Assembly: GCF_009834535.1 (NCBI RefSeq)
Contig: NC_045724.1
Coordinates: forward strand, 23,436,001-23,500,000
Length of the DNA stretch: 64,000 nucleotides
Reading direction: 5' to 3'
From: Camelus ferus
Taxonomy: Eukaryota
Shown here: positions 62,401 to 64,000 of the stretch, one piece after another
Layout: each line of letters starts with the position of its first letter
Numbering within the stretch: the first letter of the stretch is position 1
Program-made: the position numbers and the translations under genes
The notes under the pieces: generated by a model
The model's database searches: none
Told to the model about the DNA's origin: nothing
What the model saw: only the letters and a program-made list of their open reading frames with translations

Positions 62401-64000
62401 ATTAACATTTCTAGTACCTAACAATTTAAGTACATTCTCTAGTCATGGTGAATAAATTAGCATTCCAGCTAATGAAAAAGTTCGCTCTTTACCAAAAAAA
62501 TCCGAAAATTTGAATGATAAACTCTGCGAGGAACACAGTGTTACCTCCTCGGGTGGCAGCGGGGCTAATCTCACAGACAAGATGGGTGTAGCTCAGCCGT
62601 TGGACCACGAGTTGGATTGTCTGCCATTGGCCAGGAATCTATTACCAGCCAACCTCAACACAGTCTTTCCTCTGCGTCATTAGTAAGCAAAATTTACTTT
62701 TAAAAATACAAAGATATTTAAATTATTTTTATAAATCAAAAGAGGAAAAAAAATCTGAGCAGCTTGCCCAAGGATAACAGATCTGAAATATGCTAAAAAT
62801 GTTTCCTTCTCTTTCCTAAATTCCTGCTGTTTTTCTGATATGTTCATATCAATTTCTCTTTCTTAAAAATTAGAATATTCTGTATGACAGGGAATTGATA
62901 AAAGCCAAAGAAATAGTTAGTGAATTGTGGATAAACTTCAACCAGGTTTTCTTCGTGCTCGTCCAATAGGAATAGGTTTAGTGGGTCAATGTGGCCAGGG
63001 TCTCAAAAGCTCCTTGAGAGGCCAAGTCCCAAAGAGCAGCGTGTTCAGATGCCCCCATGAACTAAGGCCCCTCCTCCGTAGACCCCAGAGGGCAAATGAG
63101 AACGCTCATCCGCGAAGGATGATGGGGCCAGAGTGTGAATTCTCAAGGTCTCACTGGCCTCCTCCTTCTCACCCAGCTTATGGAATATTCCAGGCCCTGA
63201 GAGCAGTGCTAGAGAGATCCCCTCATGGGGCCAGAAACTGGCTGGCAACTTTCTCTGTGTGCAAAGGCCACACATAGTTATCTTGGAGGAGGAGCTGGGG
63301 AGTTCGACCATGTCAGCAGTTGGTGAGATTTTCATAGTGATTCACAACCTGGGTTGACCCAGGCACTCCACTGCCTGCACAGGGCTTCCCAAGCAGGATT
63401 GGGTCTGGGGTGGATCCACCCGGGTGGTTAAATGGACCGAGTGCATCGTGCAGCCAGTCTCCACGGTGGTGGGGAAGGGACACGACACCGTCCCGGCCAG
63501 TGCCCAGTAAGGTGGCCCCTCAGCGTTCGACTGCACTTACAGAAAAGCAGGCCCTTAAACATGGTGGAGCAAAGAGCTACTTCTTAGAGCACAAAGCAGT
63601 TTAAAAGATACAGTTAGAATGCTGGTGTATTTCATTGGTACCATGGAAAGAATGTTGGAATCGGGGATGTCTGAGGGCAGAGAATCCCCAACAGCACCTC
63701 ATTAAGTTTAAACTTCCATTACGGTGCAGCAGTTAGGGAGACAGCCCCTTCCTGGCTGCCGCCCCCAGCGCAGGGGCTCAGCCGCTCCCCCGCTGGTGAA
63801 GCACGGAGAGCAGCAGGGTGTGTGCCTCTCGCTGTGAGGGGTAAACGAGATAGTACACGTAAGGCAGTCATCACAGGCCCTCACGCACAGTGAATTATGA
63901 ACAGGTGATAAACACCTGTTGCTCTTGAACGTACCCTAATACTGGGATTTCCTTAGTTCTCATGTTAGGTTTTAGTAAAACACCCACATTCTAATACTTG

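Larger units (their letters stand above)
1..64000 (+). other. TOX: Interior of the TOX transcription unit: intron 1 (1-32121), intron 2 (to 50156), intron 3 (50400-64000)
   Basis: Inferred from the positions and splice sites of exons 2 and 3. No other exon was recognised. Confidence 0.85.

Overview
This is mammalian, not microbial, DNA. It is about 64 kb from inside the TOX gene (thymocyte selection-associated HMG-box protein), which lies on the + strand. The window covers the 3' part of intron 1, the start of exon 2 (32122 onward, running into an N gap), intron 2, an intact 243-bp exon 3 (50157-50399, SYPGPSLESEDFNIPPITPP...SISV) and the start of intron 3. Two tRNA-Ala-derived SINEs match the camelid Vic-1 family, so the species is probably an alpaca, vicuna or camel. 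The rest is ordinary placental intron: L1, L2 and MIR fragments, MER3/MER5A/MER20/MER58A hAT elements, MLT1/MLT2 LTRs, microsatellites and five N gaps. Apart from the exon 2 and exon 3 frames and two L1 ORF2 remnants, the ORFs in the track look like chance or shadow frames. I found no CRISPR array, operon or new multi-gene system. The best leads are: (1) exon 2 is broken by an A-rich string plus a gap; (2) there is a local A/T-to-G/C substitution bias, seen in an old L1MC copy, in exon 3 codons and amino acids, and in isolated CpG peaks, which fits GC-biased gene conversion; (3) two SINEs sit head-to-tail between three copies of one target site; (4) several candidate intronic enhancers. All gene, protein and repeat identifications rest on my recall of known sequences, not on database searches. 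Counts were done by hand.
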